Below are positions 49,669 through 60,336 of a DNA stretch of 62,787 bases, one piece after another. The position numbers and the translations under genes are program-made. This stretch comes from Euryarchaeota archaeon UBA257 (GTDB lineage: Archaea > Thermoplasmatota > Poseidoniia > Poseidoniales > Thalassarchaeaceae): positions 1 through 62,787 of the forward strand of contig DAJO01000042.1 in the NCBI GenBank assembly GCA_002498985.1. The letters run 5' to 3'. Position 1 is the first letter of the stretch. Every line of letters begins with the position of its first letter. Under the pieces are notes generated by a model. The model was not told where the DNA came from and made no database searches. It worked only from the letters and a program-made list of their open reading frames with translations.

Positions 49669-50127
49669 TCAATCTTCCTCGTAGGGCCCGCCGGTTTCAC
49701 CTGACCATAAACTGAGTATTCTTGCAATAATCTTTCTAGTACCATCCAAGTCGTCTGCTAATCCTTCTACACGGATTACTTCCACGTTTCCCCAACCATT
49801 ATTTTCTAATCCAAGTTTTATAGCATCTCTAGAGTGTTTTTGGTCATATCCCAAAGCAATAACATCTGGCTTTACTGAATCTAATATGTCAAAAATAGGT
49901 ATACTTGGAGGATTTCCTACTATGGCTTTGTCGACGGGCTTCAATCCTTCAACCATTCTTCTTCTTAATTCTTGATTAGTTACTGGCTCATGTTTTTGCT
50001 TGCGGACTGTGTCGTCATGAGCAACAACAACAATTAGTTCATCACCTAATGATTTAGCTTGTTCTACATAATGTAGGTGTCCAGCGTGGAGTAAGTCAAA
50101 AACACCAACCGCCATTACTCGAACCAT
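49669..50127 (-). CDS. ribL: Archaeal FAD synthase (cytidylyltransferase family)
   Basis: GVFDLLHAGH, PDVIALGYDQ, TRKII; inside the rib operon. Confidence 0.88.
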   Translation of the reverse strand: MVRVMAVGVFDLLHAGHLHYVEQAKSLGDELIVVVAHDDTVRKQKHEPVTNQELRRRMVEGLKPVDKAIVGNPPSIPIFDILDSVKPDVIALGYDQKHSRDAIKLGLENNGWGNVEVIRVEGLADDLDGTRKIIARILSLWSGETGGPYEED

Positions 50128-50169
50128 ACTTTTCACTCTCTATAACAATAATTCTTCCTGGCTATTTAT

Positions 50170-50883
50170 TTATTTATTTATGTTTAAGGCATTAAGTAAA
50201 TCATCGCCAGTAATCATTGGAATGTTGTGTTTAGCCGCATAGGCTCTCGCATCTTTAACGGAAAGTGCACCATCTCCATCAGGTTGAAGCATTTCTGCAC
50301 CTATTGTTGCAGGAACTTGCCCTGCAAGTCTTGCAATAGCTACTGCTAACTCTGTATGTCCTTGCCTAGATTTCAATCCGCCTGGTGATTCTCTGCACAC
50401 AGGAATGTGTCCAGGTGTACGAAACTCATTTCCTAATGCCTTATATGCTTCTTCTCCACTAATTGATTTTTCCATTAATGATCCAGATAATTCACCAAAT
50501 CTTTTCGTAGTCAGTGATCTATCTCTATCGGTAATTCCCGTGTAAGTGTCGCGATGATTTATTGACAAAGTAAATGCTGATCTTGTATCATATTGTAAGT
50601 CATTGGTGATTAGGTGTGATAATACTGGATTATCATTAACTAATTCTTGATGAGTATGTAGATCTTGTAGCCATGGTAAATCAAACATTTGACCTATTTC
50701 ATCGCCGATAGCCAAGAACAGTAATCCTCCACAATCAATCCTCAGACGCCTCATAACTGCTGGAGTTGCAGCCGTTGCTGGCCAAAGTAAGTCAGTTTCC
50801 TTCTCACGAAAGTCAGAGTCAAAAACCATTACTGGTTTGCCTTGTGAAAAAGCCCGAATTGCATCATCTACGGCGTCAGTCAT
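50170..50883 (-). CDS. ribB: 3,4-dihydroxy-2-butanone-4-phosphate synthase
   Basis: FDSDFREKETDL, SAFTLSINH, TGITDRDR, FRTPGH, RQGHTE. Confidence 0.94.
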   Translation of the reverse strand: MTDAVDDAIRAFSQGKPVMVFDSDFREKETDLLWPATAATPAVMRRLRIDCGGLLFLAIGDEIGQMFDLPWLQDLHTHQELVNDNPVLSHLITNDLQYDTRSAFTLSINHRDTYTGITDRDRSLTTKRFGELSGSLMEKSISGEEAYKALGNEFRTPGHIPVCRESPGGLKSRQGHTELAVAIARLAGQVPATIGAEMLQPDGDGALSVKDARAYAAKHNIPMITGDDLLNALNINK

Positions 50884-50975
50884 GGGTCTCGGAGGGGTTT
50901 CTCATAGGGGTTATTTTCGGTTAAATGATTTATCTGCGGCGGAGGGTTCTCATGTAGATAACACTCGGAGTGCCT

Positions 50976-51836
50976 ATGGATGGTCAATTTGATGTCATAG
51001 TTCCAGTCCGAGTAGATCTATCAGGAGGTTGGACTGATGTCAATCCTTATTGTACAGATTTTGGTGGAGAAGTAATCAATTTTACAATAAATAAATATGT
51101 TAAAGCTACAGTTAATATATTGAAGGAAATCACTTATGATTTCGATATTCCTATAGGTTCAGGATTGGGCACTAGTGGTTCTGTAAATGTGGCCCGTATT
51201 GCACTATTAGGTAAGGATCAAAATCTTTCGTTACATGAAATAGCCGAAGCAGCTTACCAAGAAGAAATTAAGTTAGGAAATAAATGTGGAAGGCAGGACC
51301 AATGGGCTGCAACATTTGGCGGTTTCAATCGATTTATGTTTCACGGTGAAAATGTTGAAATAATGCCATTTGAACCTGCTCGTTCTGCAGTTAAATGGAT
51401 AAAAAAACATCTCTTGATAGCTTATACTGGAATCTCTCATAATTCTGGAGAAATACAAAATCAAGTGTGGTCAAGATATGAATCAGGAGATGAGGAAGTA
51501 ATAGAAGGACTTCATAGAATCCGTCTTACAACTCGAAAATTAGCAGATTCTCTACAAAGAGATCAGAGGCAACATTTTGTAGATTCTCTAAATGAAGTTT
51601 CAAGTGCAATTGACTCCATAGATAAATCAATCAATGCTCCTTTTTTACCTGTGATTCAACCTTTACTAGATGATAGCAGTGTTATGGCTTGGAAAGCTTT
51701 AGGGGCTGGATCAGGAGGATGTGCGGCTATTTTGTGCCATCCATTATACATCAAAAAAGTTAGAGAGAAAATTTCAAAATCAGGTTGGCAATTAATTGAA
51801 TGGGATTATGAAAACACTGGAATTAAGATGAAATGA
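50976..51836 (+). CDS. GHMP sugar kinase (HddA/fucokinase-like)
   Basis: PVRVDLSGGWTD, PIGSGLGTSG, GRQDQ, GAGSGGC. Confidence 0.85.
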   Translation: MDGQFDVIVPVRVDLSGGWTDVNPYCTDFGGEVINFTINKYVKATVNILKEITYDFDIPIGSGLGTSGSVNVARIALLGKDQNLSLHEIAEAAYQEEIKLGNKCGRQDQWAATFGGFNRFMFHGENVEIMPFEPARSAVKWIKKHLLIAYTGISHNSGEIQNQVWSRYESGDEEVIEGLHRIRLTTRKLADSLQRDQRQHFVDSLNEVSSAIDSIDKSINAPFLPVIQPLLDDSSVMAWKALGAGSGGCAAILCHPLYIKKVREKISKSGWQLIEWDYENTGIKMK

Positions 51837-51887
51837 TAGTGAATAAATTGGGCGAAGACTCAAACGTCACTATTCATCCCCAAACTT

Positions 51888-54548
51888 ATGCAATCGACAC
51901 GTCGTAGTCTAACTATTGCAGTTGTATTATTGGTAACATTCAGTTATTTATCCATGTTTGCGACTGCCCAATCAAGTTCTGCTGACAATCACCCTACTAA
52001 TGATGATCCATACATGTATTTCTGGGGTTCTGAGAATTTAGATGATTGCTGGAATAATTTTGACAATCTATCGCAAGGCTCTGCATCGGAAGGTTATGGA
52101 GAGATATTATTCCCTGAAGGTCAAGATGTAGTGGTAGATTTTTCTTGTGAACTACAAACAGGATTTTCTGAAGACTTCATTCTTGAACTTAATGAAACGA
52201 TATCTGTTAGGATGAAATTTAATATTGAATCAGGTAATTGTGGTGGAGCAGAATGTGATTTAACACTGACACTCTTCAGAGGTGATGAAGAGATTTCTCA
52301 GCATACAGAGCCTGCAAACTCAGTCAATAATGGCAACGATTTCACAACTAACTGGGATATTGTTGTAAGTGATTCTTTCCAGAGTTGGTCGAAAGATACC
52401 TCTACAACAATTACAGTTTCTTATTCGGTTCCTGCTGAAGGAGGAGCTCTATGTCAGAGCCCCATTCCAGGTACTCCAGGTGCAGATTGTTCAGGTAGTT
52501 TCCGAATGTACTATTCCGATGAAGGAGGTAGTCCAGGAGATGTATTTGTAGAGTTCCCAATCTTTGTTTCATTGCTAGATTCAGAGGCTAACTTAGGGAA
52601 GACCTCAATTGGCCCGATTTTGTTCATTATTCCTTTCCTTGCAGTAATGGCTCTTTTGGGATGGGTGGCATATCGTGAAGATTGGATGTCAAAACAAGAA
52701 TCTACGGAACCATTTGATATGGGTAATTGGACTTCAAACAGTTTGAACAAAATCAATCCAATAATTTGGGGTCCTGAAGCAATCTCAGGCACTAAAAAAG
52801 CCTCAAAAGAATGGAGAAAAGGTGGAGCATTAACTGAGAATAAAACTCGTAGAGTAGTAACACTTTGTCTGATGTATTTCGCTCAAGGACTTCCTTGGGG
52901 ATTTGCTAGCGTTACATTTGCTGCCTACTTAATTGATAATGGAACTCCAGTCGAAGATATAGCAATATTATTCGCAACAGTAGCTTTACCTTGGACATTT
53001 AAGTGGATTTGGGGCCCAGTTGTAGATGCTATATTTATTGAGAAATATGGTCCTCGTAGGCAGTGGGTACTTTTCGCACAAGCAGGAATGGCATTGACAC
53101 TGGGGAGTTTGATTTTAGTTGACGATCTTAATGAGCAAGTAGATTTAGTAACTAGAGTATTATTTGTTCATAATATATTTGCGTCTCTACAAGATGTAGC
53201 TACTGATGCTTTAGCTGTGGAAATCCTCCAACCTGATGAAGTAGCTAAAGTGAATGGTTTCATGTTTGCTGCCAAGAGGCTTGGAATAATTATTGGAGGT
53301 GCTGGATTAGGGGTTCTCATCGGTATAATTGGTATATCAGGGGTTATTATAGCACAATTATCTCTACTATTACTAATCATGTGGATACCTCTTACTTTGG
53401 TAGAAAAACCAGGAATTAAGTTATTCCCATGGTCAAAAGTAGATGCAATCCTTATTGTTTCAGAAACTAATGAAGAAGTCGTAGATGATAATGAAACAGA
53501 AACTCCTTGGATTGATGAGGAAGAGTTCATGACTGCTAAGAATGTGGGATACAGTGTTTCTGAAGCGAGTATTTCCATCACAGCATTCTTTACAATAATT
53601 GGACTTTCAATATGGTTTACTGGATTTGCTATTGATGTATTTACTATTGATTGGACGTTTGGTGCTGATATAAGGAGGGGCACTAATCCAATTAGTTATG
53701 TCTGTTTATCCATAGCAGTATTACTATTCTCATTTAATTTTGTTATGAAATACTTGGGTAATGAAGATACTATCTTACCTGAGGTTCCCAATCCATTTTC
53801 TGTATTACCTGATGGTACCAAGAATACCGTAGCCAGAACTTCGTTTTATCTTGTCAAAGCATTTTCTGTCAGATCTGCCTTCTTATTAATTGGACTTTGT
53901 CTATTGGCTGATTTGTATTCTTTTGTGCTCCCGATCACATTTGATATCTTCATTAATGGTGCCGGCTGGTCACAACAAAAGTATAATGGAATAGTTGGTG
54001 GAATAGTTGTATTTGGAGCAATGTTTGGTCAGATAATTGGTGGATTCTTGGGTGATCGCTTTGGAACAAGAAGAGTTGCAATGGTCTTCTTTTTGGCACT
54101 TGCTTTCGCAAATGCCAGCCTAGCATTCCTAGAGCCTTTGTGGACTAACACCACCATAATGACAACTTTCCTTATTCTCCAGGCTTTTATTTATGGAATT
54201 GCTTGGATTTGTGTTATATCATTGACCATGAGGCTTACATGGAGCAAAGTTGGTGGAACTCAATTTACTGCATATATGTCATTATTTAATTTATCAGGAG
54301 TATTTGCTTACACTATGACTGGAAGAATGATAGCAATATTTGATTACTCTACGGCGATTTACTTAGGTGCAGTCTTAACTATGGCTACAGTAATAATGTT
54401 GATTTTTATAGATGAAGATGAGACAGACAGAGTTCTAGAAGGGCGAATTAAAGATGGCGAGGTATGGGAAGAAGAAGATCCAGACACAGATCTTGGCGAG
54501 AGGCCAGATTGGTGGAAAGATGAAGATTTGCAACCTTCTACCTCTTAG
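51888..54548 (+). CDS. AmpG/RhtX-FptX-family MFS transporter with a fused N-terminal extracellular domain
   Basis: Signal peptide, about 210-aa Cys-containing domain and TM, then MYFAQGLPWG, LPWTFKWIWGPVVD, ASLQDVATDA, GTQFTAYMS. Confidence 0.85.
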   Translation: MQSTRRSLTIAVVLLVTFSYLSMFATAQSSSADNHPTNDDPYMYFWGSENLDDCWNNFDNLSQGSASEGYGEILFPEGQDVVVDFSCELQTGFSEDFILELNETISVRMKFNIESGNCGGAECDLTLTLFRGDEEISQHTEPANSVNNGNDFTTNWDIVVSDSFQSWSKDTSTTITVSYSVPAEGGALCQSPIPGTPGADCSGSFRMYYSDEGGSPGDVFVEFPIFVSLLDSEANLGKTSIGPILFIIPFLAVMALLGWVAYREDWMSKQESTEPFDMGNWTSNSLNKINPIIWGPEAISGTKKASKEWRKGGALTENKTRRVVTLCLMYFAQGLPWGFASVTFAAYLIDNGTPVEDIAILFATVALPWTFKWIWGPVVDAIFIEKYGPRRQWVLFAQAGMALTLGSLILVDDLNEQVDLVTRVLFVHNIFASLQDVATDALAVEILQPDEVAKVNGFMFAAKRLGIIIGGAGLGVLIGIIGISGVIIAQLSLLLLIMWIPLTLVEKPGIKLFPWSKVDAILIVSETNEEVVDDNETETPWIDEEEFMTAKNVGYSVSEASISITAFFTIIGLSIWFTGFAIDVFTIDWTFGADIRRGTNPISYVCLSIAVLLFSFNFVMKYLGNEDTILPEVPNPFSVLPDGTKNTVARTSFYLVKAFSVRSAFLLIGLCLLADLYSFVLPITFDIFINGAGWSQQKYNGIVGGIVVFGAMFGQIIGGFLGDRFGTRRVAMVFFLALAFANASLAFLEPLWTNTTIMTTFLILQAFIYGIAWICVISLTMRLTWSKVGGTQFTAYMSLFNLSGVFAYTMTGRMIAIFDYSTAIYLGAVLTMATVIMLIFIDEDETDRVLEGRIKDGEVWEEEDPDTDLGERPDWWKDEDLQPSTS

Positions 54549-54622
54549 ATCAAATTGTACCCGATTAATTCCTCAGGTTAATTAATAACGTTCTATCAGG
54601 TTAATTTACAGGAAGTCTAAAT

Positions 54623-54895
54623 ATGGATAGATTCGTTGAAATTTTAGAAGAATGTAATACTGACTTTCTATTATTTACACAAACAATTTGTGGATACTGT
54701 AACCGAGCAAAGAATGTATTAAATTCTAAGAATCTAACATATTCTGAAATTAACTTTGATCATGAAGATAATTTACGTTCAGAAGTAGTAGGGATTACTG
54801 GTCATCGAACAGTCCCTATTTGTTTTGATATGAGGGGAGAAAAGCCAATCTTTATTGGTGGGTCAGATCATTTAATTGATTATTTCCAGAAGTAA
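54623..54895 (+). CDS. Glutaredoxin
   Basis: CGYC, RTVP, IGGSD. Confidence 0.9.
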   Translation: MDRFVEILEECNTDFLLFTQTICGYCNRAKNVLNSKNLTYSEINFDHEDNLRSEVVGITGHRTVPICFDMRGEKPIFIGGSDHLIDYFQK

Positions 54896-55483
54896 TTAAC
54901 CATCAGCCATACTTTGAATAGTTAATTTCAACTCATTTAATTGATTTAGATTAACCATATGCCCTTTTTCATGTTCCAACTTTGTAACTTCCCAATCTGC
55001 TTGTTCAAAGATTTCAATATGCTCAATTCCTTGTTCTATTGGTACTAAATGGTCTCTAGAACCATGCATCCAGACAACTTTTCTTGGCTTTAAAAATGGT
55101 AATATTTCTCTTAATTCATCGGGCCTAACTGTTTTTGTCCCAAGTAAAACTAGACCTTTAATTCTACTTTGAATATCGTACTCAAGCATAGCAGATGCTA
55201 TAGCTGCACCTTGGGAGAATCCACCCACAATAATTGGTCCATCAGGAATTTCTGAAATTACATCTAGTACAGAATTCTTCACTTCCAACAATGCATTTGG
55301 TCCAAGCGGTTCTGTAGGGTCTTCTGAACGTAACCACCAAGCAAAACCTCCCCTCGTTGGATGAGGGATTTTAGCTTCGGGACAAAATATATCCCATCCA
55401 TTAGGAGCTAGTTGTTTAGCTAATGGTTCCATTTTAGCGGATGTTCCTGTCATTCCATGCATCATTACAAAGGTGCCAGACAT
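54896..55483 (-). CDS. Alpha/beta hydrolase (carboxylesterase/phospholipase-like)
   Basis: MHG, GFSQG nucleophile elbow, HGSRD, GH. Confidence 0.88.
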   Translation of the reverse strand: MSGTFVMMHGMTGTSAKMEPLAKQLAPNGWDIFCPEAKIPHPTRGGFAWWLRSEDPTEPLGPNALLEVKNSVLDVISEIPDGPIIVGGFSQGAAIASAMLEYDIQSRIKGLVLLGTKTVRPDELREILPFLKPRKVVWMHGSRDHLVPIEQGIEHIEIFEQADWEVTKLEHEKGHMVNLNQLNELKLTIQSMADG

Positions 55484-55490
55484 ACTATCA

Positions 55491-56453
55491 TTAGAGGTTC
55501 CAAGAATAAGTGATACCACCTGCTAATAATATCCTCAGATGTGTGTCTCCTGTGAACGTAACTGTAAGAGTATATTCTTGACTTGGATACGGAATGGTAC
55601 CCAATGTCCCAGTTTCTTCAGCACCAGGGCCCCAGAATCTTTCTAGAGCAGAAACTGATGTGTGATCTCTCAATGTTAGTGTAATTGTAGAGCCTCCTCC
55701 ACATGAGGCATCTAGGAAATATATCATCTCATTCCATTCCCCATCTTTGGGGTGGTCAGATACAAAGAAAGTGTCTACAAATTCTGCATCAGGACCACTA
55801 TTATACCAATTATTACTGTATAAATCTCCTCCTCTGACGAAATAAACGTCCCCTGTATGGCCTACTCCATTGTCAGCATTTTTCATCTTCAATTGTACTA
55901 CTCCTTCAGAATCAGTCCAGATAAATGATGAGAAGAATGCAATATTTCCATCAAAAATATAATCGATAGATGAACCATCACTAGCAGTTGCTCTTATTGA
56001 GGCAATTGATGAGTCCACAGATGAGACTACTGCATTCCAATCATTTTCAAATAAACTAAAACTCCATGCTTTACTTTTTTTCAATGGGAAATCCAAGACA
56101 TCTTTTGCTTCTCCATTTTCAAATGGACTTAATTGGTCATGAGTAATTCTACCAAGGAATGGATTATGATTTAGGACTGCGTGCCTTCTTGCTTCTCCTA
56201 TGCTGGAAATTGCTAGCATGTATGCAGTTCCATCTTCTTCAATATCTGTAGTTGCTACTACTAACTTTGTAGTATCATCACTATAATCAGGTGTTGAGAA
56301 TGTGTATAGCCAATAATCTCCTAATTCCCATGTAGGGACAGAGATTTCTTCAGAACTTGAGTTCCCAGTAATACCATCTGTTACTGCGGTACAACCTGTC
56401 ATCGATGTCAGCAAAATTACCAACATTAAACCAACAGAAGCCCCTCTAGCCAT
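55491..56453 (-). CDS. Hypothetical lipoprotein
   Basis: Lipobox MTGC; [11 protein letters not shown] motif. Confidence 0.65.
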   Translation of the reverse strand: MARGASVGLMLVILLTSMTGCTAVTDGITGNSSSEEISVPTWELGDYWLYTFSTPDYSDDTTKLVVATTDIEEDGTAYMLAISSIGEARRHAVLNHNPFLGRITHDQLSPFENGEAKDVLDFPLKKSKAWSFSLFENDWNAVVSSVDSSIASIRATASDGSSIDYIFDGNIAFFSSFIWTDSEGVVQLKMKNADNGVGHTGDVYFVRGGDLYSNNWYNSGPDAEFVDTFFVSDHPKDGEWNEMIYFLDASCGGGSTITLTLRDHTSVSALERFWGPGAEETGTLGTIPYPSQEYTLTVTFTGDTHLRILLAGGITYSWNL

Positions 56454-56499
56454 ACAATCCCCTCCGGGTAGTTAGTCAAGAGACTAACGGTTTAGTGTT

Positions 56500-58599
56500 T
56501 CAAAGAAGACCGGTATCAGTTAACTTACCTGTTCCAGCCAATACAACTGCAACAATTGACATTAACTTAATGAGAATATTCAGTGAAGGTCCAGATGTAT
56601 CTTTGAATGGATCTCCTATTGTGTCTCCAATCACAGCAGCATCGTGAGCTGAATCTCCTTTTTCAGCTCCAGCGATGTGTCCTTGTTCAATAGCTTTCTT
56701 TGCATTGTCCCAAGCACCACCTGCGTTTGCCATGAATAGTGCCATTAGAACACCTGTAACTAAAGAACCAGCTAACAGACCACCCAATGCATCCCATCCC
56801 AAGACATATCCTACAATCACAGGTGCAGATATTGCTACTACTCCAGGTCCTACCATTTCTCTTAATGCGGCCTGTGTAGAAATGTCAACACATTTCTTAG
56901 AGTCAGGTTTTACGCCTTCCTTTCCTTCTAGTAATCCTGGAATTTCTTTGAATTGCCTTCTAATTTCGATAACCATGTCTCCTGCTGCTTTTCCTACAGA
57001 CGTCATTGTCATTGCTGCAACAACAAACGGAAGTCCACCACCAATCAACAAACCGATAACAACTATTGGTTCTGTGAGTTCAAGATTTAGCAAGGATTCA
57101 CCATTTGCATCAGTACCAATCGCTGCAGTATATGCTGCGAACAGTGCAAGTGCGGTTAATGCTGCAGATCCAATAGCGAATCCTTTACCTACTGCTGCAG
57201 TTGTATTTCCAATTGAGTCAAGTTCGTCTGTGATTGCGCGTACGTCATCTCCAAGACTACTCATTTCTGCAATTCCACCAGCATTGTCTGCAACAGGACC
57301 GTATGCATCAACTGTCATTGTAACACCGACAGTTCCTAGCATGCCCATTGCAGCCATTGCGATACAGTACAATCCAAATTGGTCACCACCAAATTCGTTG
57401 GCTCCAAGGATACCAAGAGAAATGAGAACGACTGGTACGAATGTAGACATCATACCAACGGATAATCCTGCAATTGCGTTTGTGGCAGGTCCTGTTTTAG
57501 ACATTTCACCAATATGTGGAATAGCCTTTGTTTTGATTCCAAAGACTGGCTCGATACCAGTGTAATATTCTGTTACAAGTCCAATGAGAATTCCAATCAC
57601 GCTTCCAAGAACTACGGAGTGCATGATTCCATAACTCACATCGATGAGATTCTGATGTATGGCTAGATAACCGCCTGCCCAAAACAAAGCCGCAGCGATA
57701 AATGTGGTATTTCGTAAAGCGGCTGCAGGGTCTTTTCCATTCTTTAAGATAGACATTGAGAATACACCGATAATAGATGCGGTGTATCCAATAAATCCGA
57801 GAAGGATTGGAAGAAGGACATAGTCCTCTGCTATGTTAGCATCAAAATCGTTAGCAATAATCATTGCTGCGATAATTGAACCTACGAAGGATTCGAATAT
57901 ATCCGCTCCCATTCCAGCAACATCGCCCACGTTATCACCTACGTTATCTGCGATTACACCAGGATTTCGTGGATCATCTTCAGGTATACCTGCTTCGACC
58001 TTACCTACAAGATCTGCACCAACGTCAGCAGCTTTTGTGTAGATTCCTCCACCTACACGGGCGAATAGAGCGATTGAAGAAGCACCCATACCGAAACCAG
58101 CAGCCGCACTAACAGGGTTCATTGTACCGTCACTTGCAGTTTCTCCAGCACTGAGCCAGAATGCAATGAGAGAAATACCTAGGAGACCGAGTCCACCAAC
58201 TGAAAGCCCCATTACAGCTCCACCATTGTAAGATACTGCAAGCGCTCCGGCCTGCCCATCATTCTTAGCAGCCATAGCAGTTCTTCCATTAGCTGAAGTG
58301 GCTGCTCTCATTCCAGAGAAGCCAGCTGCTACTGAAGCAACTGCACCTGCAAAGAATGCTATTGCAGTCTCAAAATCGTTCAACCATGCTAGTAGAACAC
58401 CAACAACAACAACGAAAATACTCAATACTCGATATTCCGCTTTCAGAAAGGCCATAGCCCCATCTTGAATCTCTTGAGTTATGTCTGCCACAACTTCATT
58501 ATCAATTTCTACACTATTCACTTTCTTGTATAATATAAATGCAATTAGAAGTCCTAAAACTCCCGTTGCTGCTGCAATTAACGGTATATTTTCTAACAT
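56500..58599 (-). CDS. hppA: Membrane-bound pyrophosphatase, K+-dependent, probably Na+-translocating
   Basis: [45 protein letters not shown]; start ATG 58599 after AGGTGA. Confidence 0.97.
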   Translation of the reverse strand: MLENIPLIAAATGVLGLLIAFILYKKVNSVEIDNEVVADITQEIQDGAMAFLKAEYRVLSIFVVVVGVLLAWLNDFETAIAFFAGAVASVAAGFSGMRAATSANGRTAMAAKNDGQAGALAVSYNGGAVMGLSVGGLGLLGISLIAFWLSAGETASDGTMNPVSAAAGFGMGASSIALFARVGGGIYTKAADVGADLVGKVEAGIPEDDPRNPGVIADNVGDNVGDVAGMGADIFESFVGSIIAAMIIANDFDANIAEDYVLLPILLGFIGYTASIIGVFSMSILKNGKDPAAALRNTTFIAAALFWAGGYLAIHQNLIDVSYGIMHSVVLGSVIGILIGLVTEYYTGIEPVFGIKTKAIPHIGEMSKTGPATNAIAGLSVGMMSTFVPVVLISLGILGANEFGGDQFGLYCIAMAAMGMLGTVGVTMTVDAYGPVADNAGGIAEMSSLGDDVRAITDELDSIGNTTAAVGKGFAIGSAALTALALFAAYTAAIGTDANGESLLNLELTEPIVVIGLLIGGGLPFVVAAMTMTSVGKAAGDMVIEIRRQFKEIPGLLEGKEGVKPDSKKCVDISTQAALREMVGPGVVAISAPVIVGYVLGWDALGGLLAGSLVTGVLMALFMANAGGAWDNAKKAIEQGHIAGAEKGDSAHDAAVIGDTIGDPFKDTSGPSLNILIKLMSIVAVVLAGTGKLTDTGLL

Positions 58600-58680
58600 G
58601 GTGTTCACCTTTGTGACTCGGCGACCAAAGAGTTGCTTATAATCAGAATCCCAATAAAAGCCCACTTAATTAGTGACTGA

Positions 58681-59583
58681 CTATACTTTTTCCAAAACGA
58701 TTTTAGCAAAAGAACTCAAAATTCCAGCACCATCATGTTCTCCTTTAAATGATTTATATTCCTCTTCGGAAATGTGTCCCCAACCATATGCTCGTTCAAT
58801 CCTTTTTCTTGCGGCTTCAGGATGAAATTGTATTCCCCATGCTGGCATTGGTTCTCCTAATTCATTATTTACTCTAACAGCGGTAACCATATTGTGAGAG
58901 GTTTTACTGAGTAATGTGCAGTTATTTGGAACTGACATCACATGATCCTGATGACTAAACAAACCTGATATTTTTTCATTATTTTCAACATGCGACGTCA
59001 GTAAAAAATCCTTTTCACCTTCTTTTGTAAGTTCTAGAGTCCAGATTCCGCTGGATAATGATTCCGCTCTTTCTATTTCAGATCCTAATGAATGACAAAG
59101 TAATTGATGTCCAAAACAAATTCCTAGAGTAGGTGTTCCAGATTTTGCTGCTGCTCTAAACATAGTTTCTGTGGGGCCCATCCATTCTTCCCAGATGCTT
59201 ACATTTCTCCTAGAACCTGAACAAACTACTGCATCTAGATTTAATTCAATGATCCAATTTTCCATCTCTTTCTCATTTTCATGCATCGGCATTACTATGC
59301 GACTAAATTTGATATTTCTATCTTTCAAAATTTCCTCTGTTTCACTCCAGAACTCATATTCATAATCCCAATTAGGTACATCTGATTCCAAGAGTTTTAT
59401 TTCTGATTTCTCATTCGTTTTTTTTCCAGCATCAAATGATTGCATCTGGGGAGTTACTAGTAAAACTTCAACGTTAGATAATGCAGCCAATGGCTTGATT
59501 ACTTCTTGATTTCCGCCATGCCCAAATTCAGCTCTTTCTACTAGTAAATCAATCATTAATACCCTCAGCGAAGCACTCATCAT
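58681..59583 (-). CDS. Class I glutamine amidotransferase-like protein
   Basis: SGS, LGICFGHQ, QFHPE. Confidence 0.88.
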   Translation of the reverse strand: MMSASLRVLMIDLLVERAEFGHGGNQEVIKPLAALSNVEVLLVTPQMQSFDAGKKTNEKSEIKLLESDVPNWDYEYEFWSETEEILKDRNIKFSRIVMPMHENEKEMENWIIELNLDAVVCSGSRRNVSIWEEWMGPTETMFRAAAKSGTPTLGICFGHQLLCHSLGSEIERAESLSSGIWTLELTKEGEKDFLLTSHVENNEKISGLFSHQDHVMSVPNNCTLLSKTSHNMVTAVRVNNELGEPMPAWGIQFHPEAARKRIERAYGWGHISEEEYKSFKGEHDGAGILSSFAKIVLEKV

Positions 59584-59650
59584 GTACTTGAAAGAGCCTC
59601 AGGTTCATTAGTCCTCGGCTACTACGGTAACATAGAAGGATGTTAGGCAA

Positions 59651-59923
59651 ATGGTTGACGAACAGTTAATTCTCGATTCAGTAGGTCCGGTTCAGGCGAT
59701 TCTAGATGCGCATGACGGAGTTGTTAATGTTGTAGATACAACTGATGGAATAATTATGATTTCTCTAGAAGGTGGTTGCACTGGATGCAGTTCTACACCA
59801 ATGACTGCAATGCAAATTTATTATTCCCTAATGAAGTTAGAAGATGTGAACGATGTCGTATTTGTCAATGGTGAACTACCTGCTTATATGAGAGCATTTA
59901 TTGATGAAAAACTTGGCCAGTAA
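59651..59923 (+). CDS. NifU/NfuA-like Fe-S carrier
   Basis: AHDG.V...LEGGCTGCSS..MT. Confidence 0.85.
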   Translation: MVDEQLILDSVGPVQAILDAHDGVVNVVDTTDGIIMISLEGGCTGCSSTPMTAMQIYYSLMKLEDVNDVVFVNGELPAYMRAFIDEKLGQ

Positions 59924-59926
59924 GAA

Positions 59927-60274
59927 TCAGTCACTATTGTTCTCTCTCTCAGCCGCTCTCATTTTCATGATTTGGTGCGGATTAGATTCTCCTTGTACAT
60001 CTTTTCCCTTAATATTCATCATTCCCGATATTGCTACTATCACCGCAATTACAGCAAATGGTCTCGCAATAGTAGTAGAACCCCACAATTCTCCTCCTAG
60101 ATAATGTAGTATGAAAAGCATAATCGCAGAAATAATACATAAGGCTGCAACTATCTTTTGTGTCAATACTTCTCCTCTTTCAAAACGTGCCAATGTTCCA
60201 ATTGCCATCCATAAAATAGTAGCTACACCACACATGGTGACGGACGCTGTTTCTAGAATTGAAACCAATTCCAT
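59927..60274 (-). CDS. Small membrane protein (3 TM)
   Basis: Three hydrophobic segments; fills the gap between nifU-like gene and polX; start uncertain. Confidence 0.6.
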   Translation of the reverse strand: MELVSILETASVTMCGVATILWMAIGTLARFERGEVLTQKIVAALCIISAIMLFILHYLGGELWGSTTIARPFAVIAVIVAISGMMNIKGKDVQGESNPHQIMKMRAAERENNSD

Positions 60275-60336
60275 GGCTGTAGGATGGGGCCTCCATTTGT
60301 TTATGTTGGGGAGAATCAATCCGAATGTTAGATGGT

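Noticed and set aside
49668-49745. N-terminal extension of riboflavin synthase overlapping ribL
   Set aside because: The enzyme family starts at MFTG; ATG 49667 has a GAGGA RBS, so the extension is an ORF-calling artefact.
56675-57565. 296-aa plus-strand ORF
   Set aside because: Antisense shadow of the conserved hppA gene with no recognisable motifs.
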